DNA of 63,027 nt, filler included, from Pelomyxa schiedti (Eukaryota > Protista > Evosea), in the NCBI GenBank assembly GCA_020536535.1. It is 11 parts of 11 records of this genome, joined end to end, with 100 filler letters (N's around TTAATTAATTAA, not from the genome) between each part and the next. Parts side by side here need not be neighbours in the genome. Positions count along the whole stretch, not along the records: positions 45,389 to 55,182 come from JAHLWZ010001285.1; positions 55,283 to 57,397 come from JAHLWZ010002127.1; positions 57,498 to 58,499 come from JAHLWZ010003032.1; positions 58,600 to 61,721 come from JAHLWZ010001826.1; positions 61,822 to 63,027 come from JAHLWZ010002699.1; 6 more parts are not named here. One strand, written 5' to 3'. Position numbers and translations under genes: made by a program. The notes below the pieces were generated by a model. It was given only the letters and a program-made list of their open reading frames with translations, was not told the DNA's origin and did no database searches. Below are positions 49,528 to 61,822 of the stretch, one piece after another (position 1 is the stretch's first letter; each line of letters starts with the position of its first letter).

Positions 49528-49660
49528 CGTAACGATTGTGGTTGATGCGTTGGAGTTTGTTTTTGTTGGCTACCGCTTCGAAGAAAAAGGTGATCTGAAT
49601 CCGAATCAGTGATGATTTCGAACTATCGGTCGAACTAAGGTCTTGCTTTCCCGCAAAGAG

Positions 49661-51058
49661 TCAAGGTTTGTGGCAAGTAATGAAAGCTAAAAGGGTGTCA
49701 GTCTGAGCATCAGTGATTGCATGCTTTGCAAGTATCTGAGTGGAAGGTGGTGAGCCACAGAACTCCCACACAAAAATTCCACAACGCTGCAGGGTCGTTG
49801 CCTTCATTGTGACTGAGCCATAATCATCTGTGGTGGTGTGAGGAGGAACCACCGGTACTCTCCTCTGAAAAGGAATGCTGATGCAGGGAGTGTTGAGGTC
49901 GGCAGTGTGGAACAACCTGAATTCAGTTGTTGGTGTGCAGGTTGTTGTTGGGCCAACGGAGAGAAGGTTCCCAAGAACGGGCAGCACACTCCCTTCAATT
50001 GTGTGTGTTTCGTTGGTGATCGTGTTGTGGATGTAATGAATGCGTGTGTTGCTTCCACGCATGACCACGCAGATGGGAGAACCACCGAGGACGATAATGG
50101 GCCATTTTGGGGGAAATGGAACAAGCACTGCTTCTGTCTTCAACACAATGCTCTTCTGTTTGAAACTCTCATTCAATTCAACGTGCCACAGAAAAATCTC
50201 CCTCTCCTCGGCACCATCTGGTTTGGGAACAGCCACAAGCAACACATTGGGATCGACCTCTGAGAATGAAACATCGAGGAATGAGCTTGACAGACTTATC
50301 TTTGCACGGCACTCCTCTGTGAACAGCTTTTCGTCGTCGCCGCGGCACAACCAGAGCCTCCACAGTGTCATTTCTGCCGAGTTCAACAGCACCACCCACC
50401 TGCTGTTGCAAAAAACATATGTGTTCACCCACCTTGGGTCACGGGATCCATCACCAGGGGCCAGGTTCCTCACCCCCGATCCCCTCCCATCCACGATGTC
50501 AACCAGCGTGCCCATGAAACCAGTCGTCATCAGCAGCCTGCTTGTATCCTCAACAACCCCACTCCCACTTGGCCACTCTTGCTGTATTCTCCTTGCCGTT
50601 TCTCTTGACGACCCCGCGATGCACCCAACCAGCTGCACAGGCCGAGCATCCAGCGTCACGAAGTGCACCGACCTCACGACCCCGAGAGTGGGCGACAGGC
50701 TCATCCACACCTGCAGCTGGTGGTCGCTATTCCTGTCCCTCGCCGCGTGCTCGGTGCTCCCTCCTGCTCTTATGGTGAACACCACGTCCCTGCAGCCGCA
50801 CACGACCCACTCCCGGCCAAACTGCTCGACCAACGTGGGGGACGCAGCGAGGGTCCTGGACGGCGACATCTGCCTTGTCCTGGCCACAACCGATCCACAC
50901 GCGAACGCAATGAACTGGTCCGCCGCTGAGATGATCACATCGACTCTGAATTGTGGAGGCACAATTTGTTGTATTTGCTGTTGTTGTTGTTGTGGACCAG
51001 TGGTGCCAATACACGACGTTGAAAAAGATGGGGTTGATTTCGTAACGTTACTGCCCAT
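49661..51058 (-). CDS. MG-starting lineage-specific family member (465 aa, intronless)
   Basis: MGSNVTKS...QFIAFACG...REWVV...SLSPTLGVV...CNSRWVV. Confidence 0.8.
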   Translation of the reverse strand: MGSNVTKSTPSFSTSCIGTTGPQQQQQQIQQIVPPQFRVDVIISAADQFIAFACGSVVARTRQMSPSRTLAASPTLVEQFGREWVVCGCRDVVFTIRAGGSTEHAARDRNSDHQLQVWMSLSPTLGVVRSVHFVTLDARPVQLVGCIAGSSRETARRIQQEWPSGSGVVEDTSRLLMTTGFMGTLVDIVDGRGSGVRNLAPGDGSRDPRWVNTYVFCNSRWVVLLNSAEMTLWRLWLCRGDDEKLFTEECRAKISLSSSFLDVSFSEVDPNVLLVAVPKPDGAEEREIFLWHVELNESFKQKSIVLKTEAVLVPFPPKWPIIVLGGSPICVVMRGSNTRIHYIHNTITNETHTIEGSVLPVLGNLLSVGPTTTCTPTTEFRLFHTADLNTPCISIPFQRRVPVVPPHTTTDDYGSVTMKATTLQRCGIFVWEFCGSPPSTQILAKHAITDAQTDTLLAFITCHKP

Positions 51059-51689
51059 TTAATTTGTTTTTTGAGACTGCCAAAACAGCACAGGAGCGTG
51101 ATTAATCGAAGGGTGTTTGTTCTGGCTGGAAAGTCACAACAGTGTGGTACAACAATAGGGGGAAGTAAAACGGGGCAGCAAGAACAACAGTTCTCTGCCT
51201 CAGTCTCCAAACAACTAATTGGAGATAAGTAATCAAAGAGAAAGGAAAAGTTGCACAAGGATAATGCACTGTTGGGACTGCCCGGCTGTGCACAGTTTTT
51301 GTCGTATTGATGAGTTTTCTCAGTCCAGGGAGGAGGATCTGAGACGGAAAAAAAGGGCGTTTTCTACAAAGCCATCGGCCACCCAGTGGCACCGCTTTAA
51401 GGCCTGAGCGTGGACTGGCTGCTGAGAACAATCAACAACCACAGGTGCCAACACATAAACGAAGGAGGAAAACAACCCTCTCAAACAACCTACCAAACCA
51501 GATTCACATTGAGATTCGGCTGTGTTCATGAACAGCATTAAGAAAAAGAAAATACACTCAAATACACGCGGTACTGAACAGCAGCACAAAACGTTCAGGA
51601 CCACTCCATCTCGCACGTGGGAGAGTGTCGGAAGTCCGATCGGACCAAATCAAAAAAAACAAAAAAAGGACCCAGGCTGTGCCTGATTA

Positions 51690-52595
51690 TTTTGAGGTGG
51701 GAAGCACATTGGTGTGTTTTTTGGACGTTGGCGTGGTGCAAAGTCTTTGCACACCGATTACCAGAAAAAAGCTCGTTTTTTCGCGCTGTGCACAGTTATT
51801 TGGTTTGGGCAGTCCCAAGACTGTAACAATCCGGCATAAAGGAAAAAAAAAATAGATGTGAAAGTGATGACTTCCCGAAAAAGGGAATCGCGGTGTCGGC
51901 ACAGAGCAACCCACAGAAGTCGGACAACTTCCAGGAATTCCATGGCACCTGACGCTGTGCATCGCGTCCACAGAATACTCAGAATTCATGGGACTCTGGG
52001 CTTATAAGCAACACCGCTTTCACTCACCTCAGAACAAGTAAAATAATAAATACATTCTTCTTCCCTTTCAAAATGACCACTACAACAACGAGTGCAGCAG
52101 TCACTCCCCGTGAGGACGTGCCACTCACATAGAACAGCCACCCAGGTGGCTGTTTTACCAATGGGGAAAAGCCATTGTTTTTTTTGTACATCGTACTTCG
52201 TTCAGCAGACATTGTCGATTGCCGGCAACCCCCAGCGTCACGTACAGCGCCCAGCATTCCGCAACCTCCCACATCCTCCCCTCTTTGTCCCCCATTTCTT
52301 CGACCTCGAGCATGAGCCCGAACCGTCTTGGTGGATGTGAGGGCAGGGCCAGGCAGTGGTCGGCGGCGATTGTGCGGGCCAGCCACGGCCCCCCACCACC
52401 ACCGCAACCGCCACAGCCACAGCCACAGCCACCGTGGTTGTTGCTGTTGTTGGTGGTGTGCCACAGGAGGCGCGCGGGCGACGACGCACCGCACCGGGGG
52501 TGCCCCGACGTAGCGAACGCCACAAGTTGCTCGCGGGCGTATAATGCGACGTGGGAGCGCCGGAGTGTGAAGGGCCCCGGCAGTTTTTTAGTCAT
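51690..52595 (-). pseudogene. HPRCGxxSP-motif gene, probably broken
   Basis: REQLVAFATSGHPRCGASSPARLL...YVTLGV; the downstream frame is interrupted. The 3' limit is a guess. Confidence 0.45.
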
Positions 52596-52949
52596 CTTGG
52601 AAGCCTTTGGATTATCAGAAATCAAGTTGTTACACAACTGGTTTCGAAACTGGGCCCGTTCTTACTTGTGAGTGCACCCACACACAGAACGGTGTGGGAT
52701 GTCTGTGACGGCAATGCGATTTGTTCTGTTTGTTGTTGACTCCATCCCTCATAAACTATTCGAAACAAACCAAGCATTTTTTTACGACGAGGCACCACAG
52801 GTGGAGCGCAAAAACCAAACTTCCAATCCCATAATAATCCAAACTTTCACCGCCTCATCCACCTCTCATTGCTGGTCCCGCTTTGTCAACATCACATATG
52901 TACACCTGTTGACTGTACCAACGGGTCAATGTTGGTGTCTCTCACCAAT

Positions 52950-55182
52950 TTAAATTGTGTGCAGCAAAATGGTGAGAGCATCAGGAGCAGATACCCTGGT
53001 GGCACGATCACGTGACATCATCCCAACAAGAACCTGTGCAATGGTGCCCATTGTTGTGCATGATGTTGCTGCAGAGGGACCAGAGACCCTGGAAGAACGG
53101 TCCCGTGAGATCATCCCAACAAGAACCTGTGCAATTGTACCCACCACAGTGGTGGATGGTGTAGTGGTGGTGGGTGTAGTGTGGAGAGTGGCGTTGTTGT
53201 CGATGTTCCATTGTGGAGGGAGAGGAGGGAGCAACTCAGTGGAGAAGGTGTACATGTCTTGTTTGAACCGGCCAATGAATTTGTGGGTTGGTGGCAGCAT
53301 CACATCGTAAAACGTGAGTGCGAGGGAGAAAGAGTCACACTTGGCAAATGAGAACACACAAGATGGGCCACGCATCCTCATCAGGTCTCTGGAGAGTGCA
53401 CTCACCTCAGGTGGCATCGTTCCTGTGTTACCCCACACCTGCCCGTCTGTTCTCATCACTGTGGCTTGAAGCTCACCTTCATTATCACCCTTGGTGGAAC
53501 AACACTCCACGGCTTCTCCAAAGTCAATCAATGTGAGCTTGAGAGTGGCTGGGTCAACAAGGATGTTGTCTCCTTTAATGTCCCTGCGAATCATGAGCAA
53601 AAAGGGAATGAAGAACACAAACCAACCTGTGAACAACATGTGCCCTTTCAAGGTGAGCCACGGCACTCAGTGCTTGGAGAAGCAAGTTCCTCACTGTCCT
53701 GGTTGAACTTTCCGCAGCACTGCCAAACTGGTTGGGAGTGGTTGTTGCTGCATAGGTAGTTGTGGAAAGCCTTTCTGGCAGAAATTTAACCAATGGAACA
53801 CCACAGAAAGGAAGCAGGAAAGCAAGTGACTTGTTCAGTGCAAATTCTTTGTAAACTGGCTGATTTGAAGGTATTGCATCAACAAACTCAGGTGGGAATC
53901 TTTTGTTGATTGAGTTATGACTCCAAGTTATAAAAAGTTCTTATTGTTATAACACACCGAGGAATGACAAGAGTTCCAAGAGGGTGGATAACATTTGGAT
54001 GAAGTGGGACAGATGCAAGAACAATGCACTCCTTCATGTACTTCTGCTTGATCAGTGTGTTCTGCGGTGTGTTCTCCCAGTTGAACATAACTTTCATTGC
54101 CATGGTTGGTGTGTTGTTTTCATCACTTTTGGTGTTGTCCAGAGGTTGCAAGGTGGCAGGAGAAGAAGACAGTTGTGGCACACTGCTGTATCCCCTGGGG
54201 ACAAACTTCACTTGGAATGTTGCTGCGTTTGATCCTGAACCAAGGAATTTCATCATTGCAAAGGAATCAATGTTTGCACCAACCAACGATGTCATTGTCT
54301 CTGCTCTCTCCTGTTTTTCGTTTTTTTTTGAGTTTTGAAAAGATAGGAGGTAAGATTTCAGTCAGTGACCACCTTGTAACATGCTTTGAGAACAGAGTTC
54401 TCCTCCTCAAGTGTCTGTATCCTCTTCTCCTTTTCTTGCAGTTTCTGTTCGAGAATCAACACTCTCTCATTCATTTCCCTCAATGTATCTTCAAGCCTCT
54501 TGTTCTCCACCGTGATTCTCGCAATTTCTTTCTCTTTCTCTCTCCAAATGTGGCACTATCTTTTGGCGCGTTTATGGTGGGCTTTGAGGATTGCACTCTG
54601 GTGTTGTGCACCTTCAAGAGGTTGCAGATATCAGTGCACTTCCTTCTTGTTGCCACATCAAGTGGTGTTTCACCTTTGATGTTTTTGCAGTTTGTGTCAA
54701 TTCCATTGACTTGGAGCAGAACCTTCACCCCTTCCAGGAATCGAAATTCACAAGCCACATGCAGTGCTGTTTGACCGTTAAGAGAGGGGTGCCCTGATGT
54801 CAGAACCAAGTTGGCGTCCACACGTGGGCACTCAAGCAACACAGCTACCACACTTGTGTTGTGGATCATACATGAGATGGCCAGTGGGCCTGTCTTGTTC
54901 ACATCCACGTCGCTTCTTCCCACCAACATCCTCACAACTGCCTCCTTGCCGCAATATGCAGCGTGGCACAGTGGCGTTCGACCGTCCCTGTTGGTAGTGT
55001 TTGGGTCAATCGGGGGGTCGCGTGATGCGCCGACACCGAGGATCTCCCCAACAAGTGACACGTGCCCACACCCACACGCAACGTGAAGCATTGTACCGCC
55101 ACCACGGGTGATGGGCGTATTGATGTCCCAAGTGGGCGACGGCAACTGGGGCATGTCGCCCCGCTCACACACATCACGCATG
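52950..55182 (-). CDS. Ankyrin-repeat + coiled-coil + protein kinase, 5' end at gap
   Basis: Ankyrin repeats (TMLHVACGCGH, TPLCHAAYCG, TALHVACE, TPLDVA); kinase FLGSGSNAATFQV, AMKVM, HPNVIH, HR|DIKGDNIL, IDFGEA, GNTGTMPPE. Confidence 0.92.
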
Positions 55183-55282
55183 NNNNNNNNNNNNNNNNNN
55201 NNNNNNNNNNNNNNNNNNNNNNNNNNTTAATTAATTAANNNNNNNNNNNNNNNNNNNNNNNNNNNNNNNNNNNNNNNNNNNN

Positions 55283-55763
55283 GTCGTGGGGGGCTCGTGT
55301 GCGAGCACGGGTCTCCCAGGATGGCTGCCGCCTGCTGGGGGCTGCCCGATGACGGGGCGGATGTGGCCCAGACGACGCGAGATTTGTCGCCGGGGTCGGC
55401 AGCCCTTGGGAGAACCTGGCTCTGCGGTGGTGGGGCGAATCGTCCTTCCCTATTTCGGGGAGGGGTGGGTTGCCTTGCTGCTCCGGGGCTGGGCCCAGGG
55501 GTGCGCCCTCTCCACCATGGCTGTGCTTGTGTCGGTTGCAGCAGGTTTTTTTGCTTCATGTGTTGTGGCTGTAGGCCACTGTTTTGGTGTATGTTTAACT
55601 CTACAGAGAATGATGAAGCATTTATAATGCCAGAATTGCCACTAAGATTAACAGATATTGGGAACAGAGAATTATTTGCGGTTGTGGGATAGTTGCTCTC
55701 AATGATGCTCTGATGGGAGCTAGATTTGGCTTGCAAAGATTGTACAAGACTATCCAATGACAA
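55283..55763 (-). CDS. Ser/Pro-rich ORF, possibly the N-terminal part of the ankyrin-kinase across the gap
   Basis: Open frame running into the gap on the same strand; no domain recognised. Confidence 0.35.
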
Positions 55764-57143
55764 AGAGACAAGTAAAAACTCTTGGGACCTTTAGTTACTA
55801 AGGCATGAATTTCAGCAGCATGAATTTTGCCTGAGAAAGGCTTAACTGCATGAAGCTCAACAAAAGTTGAAACAAATTCCTAGATGATTTAAAGGTGAAT
55901 ATCAAAGTATATTTCACCCTTACCTTCAATTTTTACAGAACCTAACTATGTCCAAGAATCCCTTGTCATTCTGGACCAACTAGTTGTATGCATGCACCAA
56001 TTCAAATGCGGCACCCATGTTGAAGCAGATGTTGCGTTCAAGGCAGAGGGAATGGATTCCGCAAAAAGTTGGTGAAGTTCTGAAACTCCCTTTTCAGCAC
56101 ATCCGAAATAAACACGAATCATACAGATATTTGAACAGTTATAGGCCACAGTATTCTGTTAAACCAGGCCGTAACTGGGCTTGACTACTGGTAACAAATA
56201 TATAAATGAGGATAATCATGATAATTTACATATATAATAACAATTTGAACTTTTTATACAAGTCAAAGAAACAGTCCGCAACAGTGGAGTTCTCCTTATC
56301 TGAAAGTGAGTAACATGACAGAAAGCGAGGGTGTTATAGACAGCAATGGAGGTGGGTGTGTAATTCTGTTAAAAGTACTAAATCGCCCATGGGGACCCAC
56401 CATAACGCATACGGAGCTTCTGGAATACTGAGGTGTGTCTCCAGGATGTACTCCTCAATACAAAAAGCACTGCAGACTCCAAACTCCAAAGAAACGTTCA
56501 TTTGGGTACTTGACTATAACACTAGAGGGAACGGAACATACCTGGAACTTGGCTCATGGCACCAGCAGCAAAAGAAGCCCTGAAACTGACATTTCACTAT
56601 TGTAACAGTCCGAATCAGAGCAGAAACCACTGTTTGAGCATTAGGGAGCGTTTCAGGATCAACTGGCACCACACCAATCAGTGCAATTCCATTTCCCATT
56701 ATGATAAAAGTGGCTCATCATAATCTACTCAGTGTTATAATGAATAAAAAAACAACCAACTTCATATGTTGAAGCTGCCCAAGAGAGAATAGTTTCTTTT
56801 TAAAAATAAGAAATGAAATGTGAATGTGTACCAATAGTCCTGAATGAATCGATGAAGGTCAAACGCACAGTTCAGTAGACAAGCTTCACATACTCCAGCA
56901 CATCGGTACTCAGTTCACCCACATCGGTCTGGGAACTTCTGGCCCTATTTGAGTTGCCGCCGATCCCGGCAAATCGCGGCACCATTCGGGCACCCTGTGG
57001 CCATCCCACAATGACCAAGGTGCCCCCGCTCAAGTTATTGCACTAGGAGCGAGCAGCGGGGCACGTGCCCGAGTCAACTGCGCTGACTGTCATTATTTAG
57101 CATACTTTTTTTTTGAACAGAGGAACTCTCCTAATGATGTTCA

Positions 57144-57397
57144 TCAAACTAAACTTCTTTTTGGGTCAGTGGTGATGCCAAGCCACACCATGAGTTCATC
57201 TGTGAGCCGTGGTTTGTATTTTGACATGGTTGGGATCATGCCAGGATCATCAAACTGATGGCGAATCTCCTCCATCGTGATCCCGAATTTGCTCATTGTG
57301 AACGTGGCAATGGATGGAGAGTGGACGGCGACAGGCATCAGGTGCCTGCGTATCAGATCCGCGTCAATCTTGGGGAACTTGCGCACAATCACCTTCC
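57144..57397 (-). CDS. 3' fragment of a hypothetical protein at contig edge
   Basis: Open frame from the gap (VRKFPKIDADLIRRHLMPVAV...); no family recognised. Confidence 0.3.
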
Positions 57398-58599
57398 NNN
57401 NNNNNNNNNNNNNNNNNNNNNNNNNNNNNNNNNNNNNNNNNTTAATTAATTAANNNNNNNNNNNNNNNNNNNNNNNNNNNNNNNNNNNNNNNNNNNNATT
57501 CGCATTCTCGGAAGCATTCCGCGATCTTGTTTCACTTGAGAACACAGTGTTCGGTGTCATGCAGCAAATGTTGCATGGCAAACCAACAGGAATGCAGCTG
57601 CTGAAGCTGGACAAACTAGTGGACAAGTACTTGGTTTACTGACCATAGAGCACCCCACGGAGCAACCCGGCAGGCTTCCCAAGTAATGAGAAAAATCACA
57701 AGCGAAAAACTCTCCTTTTCTCCACTACAACCGAAAGCAGCCCCGGCACAGTTCCAAGTTGGCTTTAATTGACCTGGTCCCACAATTCCATCTCTCAAGC
57801 GCTGTTTATATTCGACCACGGTGAAAAGAGAAAGATTAACATTTATAACAAGTGGACATCATTTGTGTCGCAAGACAGTTTCAATAAACTGTTTACACCC
57901 GCAAAGCGGGGTGCGGTCTCTGGCAAATATTCCTTTGCTTGGTGGCCGTTTTTTAAAAACAAGAAAAATCGTGTAAATTTGGTAGGTTTTGTTGCCACCA
58001 ACGTTCAGTGGGGATGAACCAAAGAATTGGGGGATATGTTGGAATCATTGATAGAATTTGTTGTTTGATGATTACGGTGTTGTTTGTGTGGTGCAAGGAG
58101 TGAGTGAAAGAAAATCTTTTCTTGTTGTCAAAGGTGAGGTTCTGATGGGTTTTGATTATGTGTTTGATGATGGAGAGAAGGAAACTAGTGCAATAGCAAG
58201 GAGAAATGCCCAAGGATGTTCTTCAGGGGGGTGAACAAACTGAGGGTGGTGATGTGAGCACCAGAGTACTCGTCAGTCACTATTTCCTTCATTGAATAAC
58301 TCATCTGGAACAGCAGGCCACCTTCAATAAAAGCTTGTTCCATTGTGCAACCACACAGGCATTCACATGCCCTCACTATATTGCTGAGGTCATTCACATC
58401 CCACACCTCATAGGAACTCCATCCAAAAACACAGAACTGTGAGCTGTTCAGCTGGGAAACAGCTCCATGAGCTTGTCCGAGGATGGAAATCCGTGGGACN
58501 NNNNNNNNNNNNNNNNNNNNNNNNNNNNNNNNNNNNNNNNNNNTTAATTAATTAANNNNNNNNNNNNNNNNNNNNNNNNNNNNNNNNNNNNNNNNNNNN

Positions 58600-59202
58600 T
58601 CCCACAATCCACTTGCTGTTGCTCACCCACATCGAGAAGCACGGCCACCTCTCCACTTCAGCAAAAGCCGGGGCGCCAGCCGAGCCCTCGAACCCACCGG
58701 CGAGGCCGGCGACGCCCACGACGTGGTAGTCCCTGTACTCGAGAGCCCGGCCGCCTTTCCCCGGCCGGCTCGACTCGACCAGGACCCTGCCCTCGCCGAC
58801 GCACCCGCACACGGCCGCCCGCGGGCCCCGGCGCCTGGACCAGTGCGACGACACCAGCCCCAGAGTCGGCGACACGCTCACGCACGCGAAGTGGTCGCCG
58901 CCGTCGATCGGCAGGCGGAAGACGGCGTTGGTCGTGGGCGCGAGGACCCAGTCGCGGGCCCACGCCGCGACGAGCGCCGTCGACTGCGCCCATCTTATCA
59001 ATGACGATGTGGTTGCGGAGGGGGTTGGCGTTGCTTTGGCTTTGGGCCTCTTGGCGACGACGGGGGCGCATAGCAGGGCCATCACTTGTGACTTGGCTGT
59101 GGTTGTTGTTGTGACTGGATCCAGATTGGTGTGGTGGTTGATTGGAGGCTGTTGCTGTGACTGTTGTTGTTGCGTCTGGTGTGTTGCATGGGACTGCCCC
59201 AT
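58600..59202 (-). CDS. MG-starting family member, 3' end lost in gap (tandem copy 3)
   Basis: MGQSHA...AKSQVMALLC...AWARDWVLAP...VSVSPTLGLV...VCGCVGEGRVL. Confidence 0.8.
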
Positions 59203-59266
59203 TTTGTATTTCAACGAAATCAACTCAACAAAGAAAATGAAATTTTTTTCCTGGAAATTGATTGAA

Positions 59267-60496
59267 TCAACAAGCAGAGTTGAATGCGTTGGGATCAGAG
59301 AGTGGAATAGAGAAGTCACCAACATGGAATCCAGTGGCTCCATCATGAACTGCGACTTGAATTTCAGTGGCGTCGCAGGACTTCACTTTGTCATGTGTTG
59401 TTGAGGCAATGAGCCCTGTTGGAAGAATGCTTGGTGATGCCCATGTGCATGGAACGCAAAGTGATGGTGTTGTCAGGTTTCCAGTGGAATAAACCTGGAA
59501 CTCTGTGCGCACAGGGCGAGTGGTCACAAAGACGTGGTGCGGGCCAACAGGAACCACATTTGAGAACTTTGGAAACTGGGTAAGTGGCTCTCCCGTTGTT
59601 GTCTCTCTCAAAAAAAGGTGTTCAGAGTAATCGTAGTGCAAAGTAGATGTGGAACCATCAGGCATCCACAGTATCCCCGATGGAATTCCATACTTGCACT
59701 CCACCCTCGATCTGACGACCAGCTGCCCCCTCTGCCTCAAGCTGGCCTCCAAGTCGACGAATTCCACGCACCCTCTTGACAACTGCGCAGTTGCCTGTGA
59801 GCTGAACACCATGATGACGTCATCGCACAGCGGCGAGAACTGCAGCGTCGAAGCCTCCACAACTTTGAAACGCTGCTCCTCCGACAGCTTCACACCACCC
59901 AAGCCGCCAGATCCAACCTTCCAAACACGCATTTCAGCCACACTTGGGAGTCCCACAATCCACTTCCTGTTGCTCCACATCGAGAAGCGCTCCCGCGTCT
60001 CCAGCCCCGCCAAGACTCTCACGAGCGTCGTCTCGTCGAAGCCACCAGCGACGCCAGTCACGTCCACGACGTAGTAGTCCTTGAGGTTCAGAGCCGGGCC
60101 GCCCTTCACCTGCTGGATAGACTCCACCAGCACCCTGCCCTCGCCGACGCCCCCGCACACGCTCGCCCAGGCGCCCCTGCGCCTGAACCAGTGGGCGGAC
60201 ACCAGCCCCAGCGTCGGCGACACGCTGGCGCACAGGCGGTGGGCCCCGTCGATGGGCAGGCGGAACATGGCGTCGGCGGCGGGCCTGAGGACCCACTCGC
60301 GGGCCCACGCCCTCACCAGCGCCGTGGACTGTGCCCACTGGACGAGCGAAGGAGCCGGGAGGGCGAGGGGGCTGGGTCTTTTTGCCACGACGGGGGCACA
60401 GAGCAGGGCCATGGCCTGCGACTTGGCAGTAGTTGTAGTACTGGGAATCACATGCAGCCGTTGTTGTGATTGCGGGTGTGCGTGCTTCTGCCCCAT
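59267..60496 (-). CDS. MG-starting family member, complete (tandem copy 2, about 409 aa)
   Basis: MGQKHA...AKSQAMALLC...AWAREWVLRP...SVSPTLGLV...LQFSPLCDDV...HDGATG. Confidence 0.85.
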   Translation of the reverse strand: MGQKHAHPQSQQRLHVIPSTTTTAKSQAMALLCAPVVAKRPSPLALPAPSLVQWAQSTALVRAWAREWVLRPAADAMFRLPIDGAHRLCASVSPTLGLVSAHWFRRRGAWASVCGGVGEGRVLVESIQQVKGGPALNLKDYYVVDVTGVAGGFDETTLVRVLAGLETRERFSMWSNRKWIVGLPSVAEMRVWKVGSGGLGGVKLSEEQRFKVVEASTLQFSPLCDDVIMVFSSQATAQLSRGCVEFVDLEASLRQRGQLVVRSRVECKYGIPSGILWMPDGSTSTLHYDYSEHLFLRETTTGEPLTQFPKFSNVVPVGPHHVFVTTRPVRTEFQVYSTGNLTTPSLCVPCTWASPSILPTGLIASTTHDKVKSCDATEIQVAVHDGATGFHVGDFSIPLSDPNAFNSAC

Positions 60497-60609
60497 GCTT
60501 TTATCAGATTGGGAGAGTTCTGTGAAAATAGATCGGCTTCTTCTGTCAATCACCATTGGAAACATTCGTTGGCTCCAGGTTATGTTGTATTGAGTGGTTG
60601 TTGTGTTTG

Positions 60610-61721
60610 TTACGTGTACCAACTGGCACTGAAGAAACAAGGAGGAGTGAGGGGTATAGGGATCACAGCAATGCGTGTGCCAGTGACACCATCATGAACA
60701 GCGAAATCCACATGTTGCTGCCCCGACACACCTCCACCACCCAGGCTGCTGCTGGGGACATACGATGTCGACGCGATCAGGTGATGGCTTGATGGTGATC
60801 CAACGATCTTCGTGGATGCCCAAGTGCAGGGAACACTCAGCGAAGGAGTTGTGAGCTTCTGGTCGACGTGGTCTCCAGTGTAGTACACTCGCAGGTTTTC
60901 CCTGTCAACCGTGAGGATGTGACTTGCCCCAATGAGAACGGGAATTGAGTCATTCAATGGGATCAGGCAGGTCCAGCAAGTTTTGGGATCAACAATGGAT
61001 CCCCAGGGAAAACCCCTGGATCTTACCTGCAATGTGCAAATGGAGCCATCAGGCATCCACACCAGACCATAGGGGTTTCGCTCAATGCTCTCGATCTTCC
61101 CTGTGACCACCAGAGAATCTGTGTTGAAGCTGGCACACAAGTCAACAAGAGTAACATACTGAGCACTGAACACCATCGCGACGTCATCACTGAGTGGGGA
61201 GAACTGAAGCGTGCCTCTCTTCATCCCAGGGAGCTTCCTGACTGGCTCCCTTGGAACCCCTTCAACTACTCTCATCAAGGAAAGGGTGTCAGCCTCAAAC
61301 CCTGCACTCCACTTGGTGTTTCCCACACGTGACAGAAGTGAGGCAATTGCAACTGATGGGTCACGCACGCTCACAACTCCGCACTGAAATGCCGTTCCAC
61401 AGGGTACACCACACAACAGGTTCCCATCACCCAAGCACCCGCACACCTGTGCTCTCTGGTCACAAGTCAGCCAATAGCTGTCGACCACAGCGAGGGTCGG
61501 TGACACGGACACATACAGGTAGTACTTCATCCAGCGGACTGGGTTCTCACTCTTGGATTTGTAGCCATGTCCAAGGTGCAGTGGCAGCTCAAAAACAGCC
61601 TCCCTGGCAGGCCTCAGCACCCATTCGTTGGCCCACATCCTGAACAACACAGTTTGTGTCCATTGGACCAGTGTTTTTGCTGCTGTTGCGTGTGTGGCTT
61701 CTGTTGATGTTGATGTCGTTG
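60610..61721 (-). CDS. MG-family member, 5' end lost in gap (tandem copy 1)
   Basis: MWANEWVLRPAREAVFELP...VSVSPTLAVV...LQFSPLSDDV...HDGVTG. Confidence 0.8.
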
Positions 61722-61822
61722 NNNNNNNNNNNNNNNNNNNNNNNNNNNNNNNNNNNNNNNNNNNNTTAATTAATTAANNNNNNNNNNNNNNNNNNNNNNN
61801 NNNNNNNNNNNNNNNNNNNNNC

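Noticed and set aside
56960-57075. GC-rich stretch with short palindromes (ggcacgtgcc; gtgccc...gggcac) as a possible ncRNA
   Set aside because: Stems are short and imperfect, with no tRNA, snRNA or snoRNA signature recognisable.
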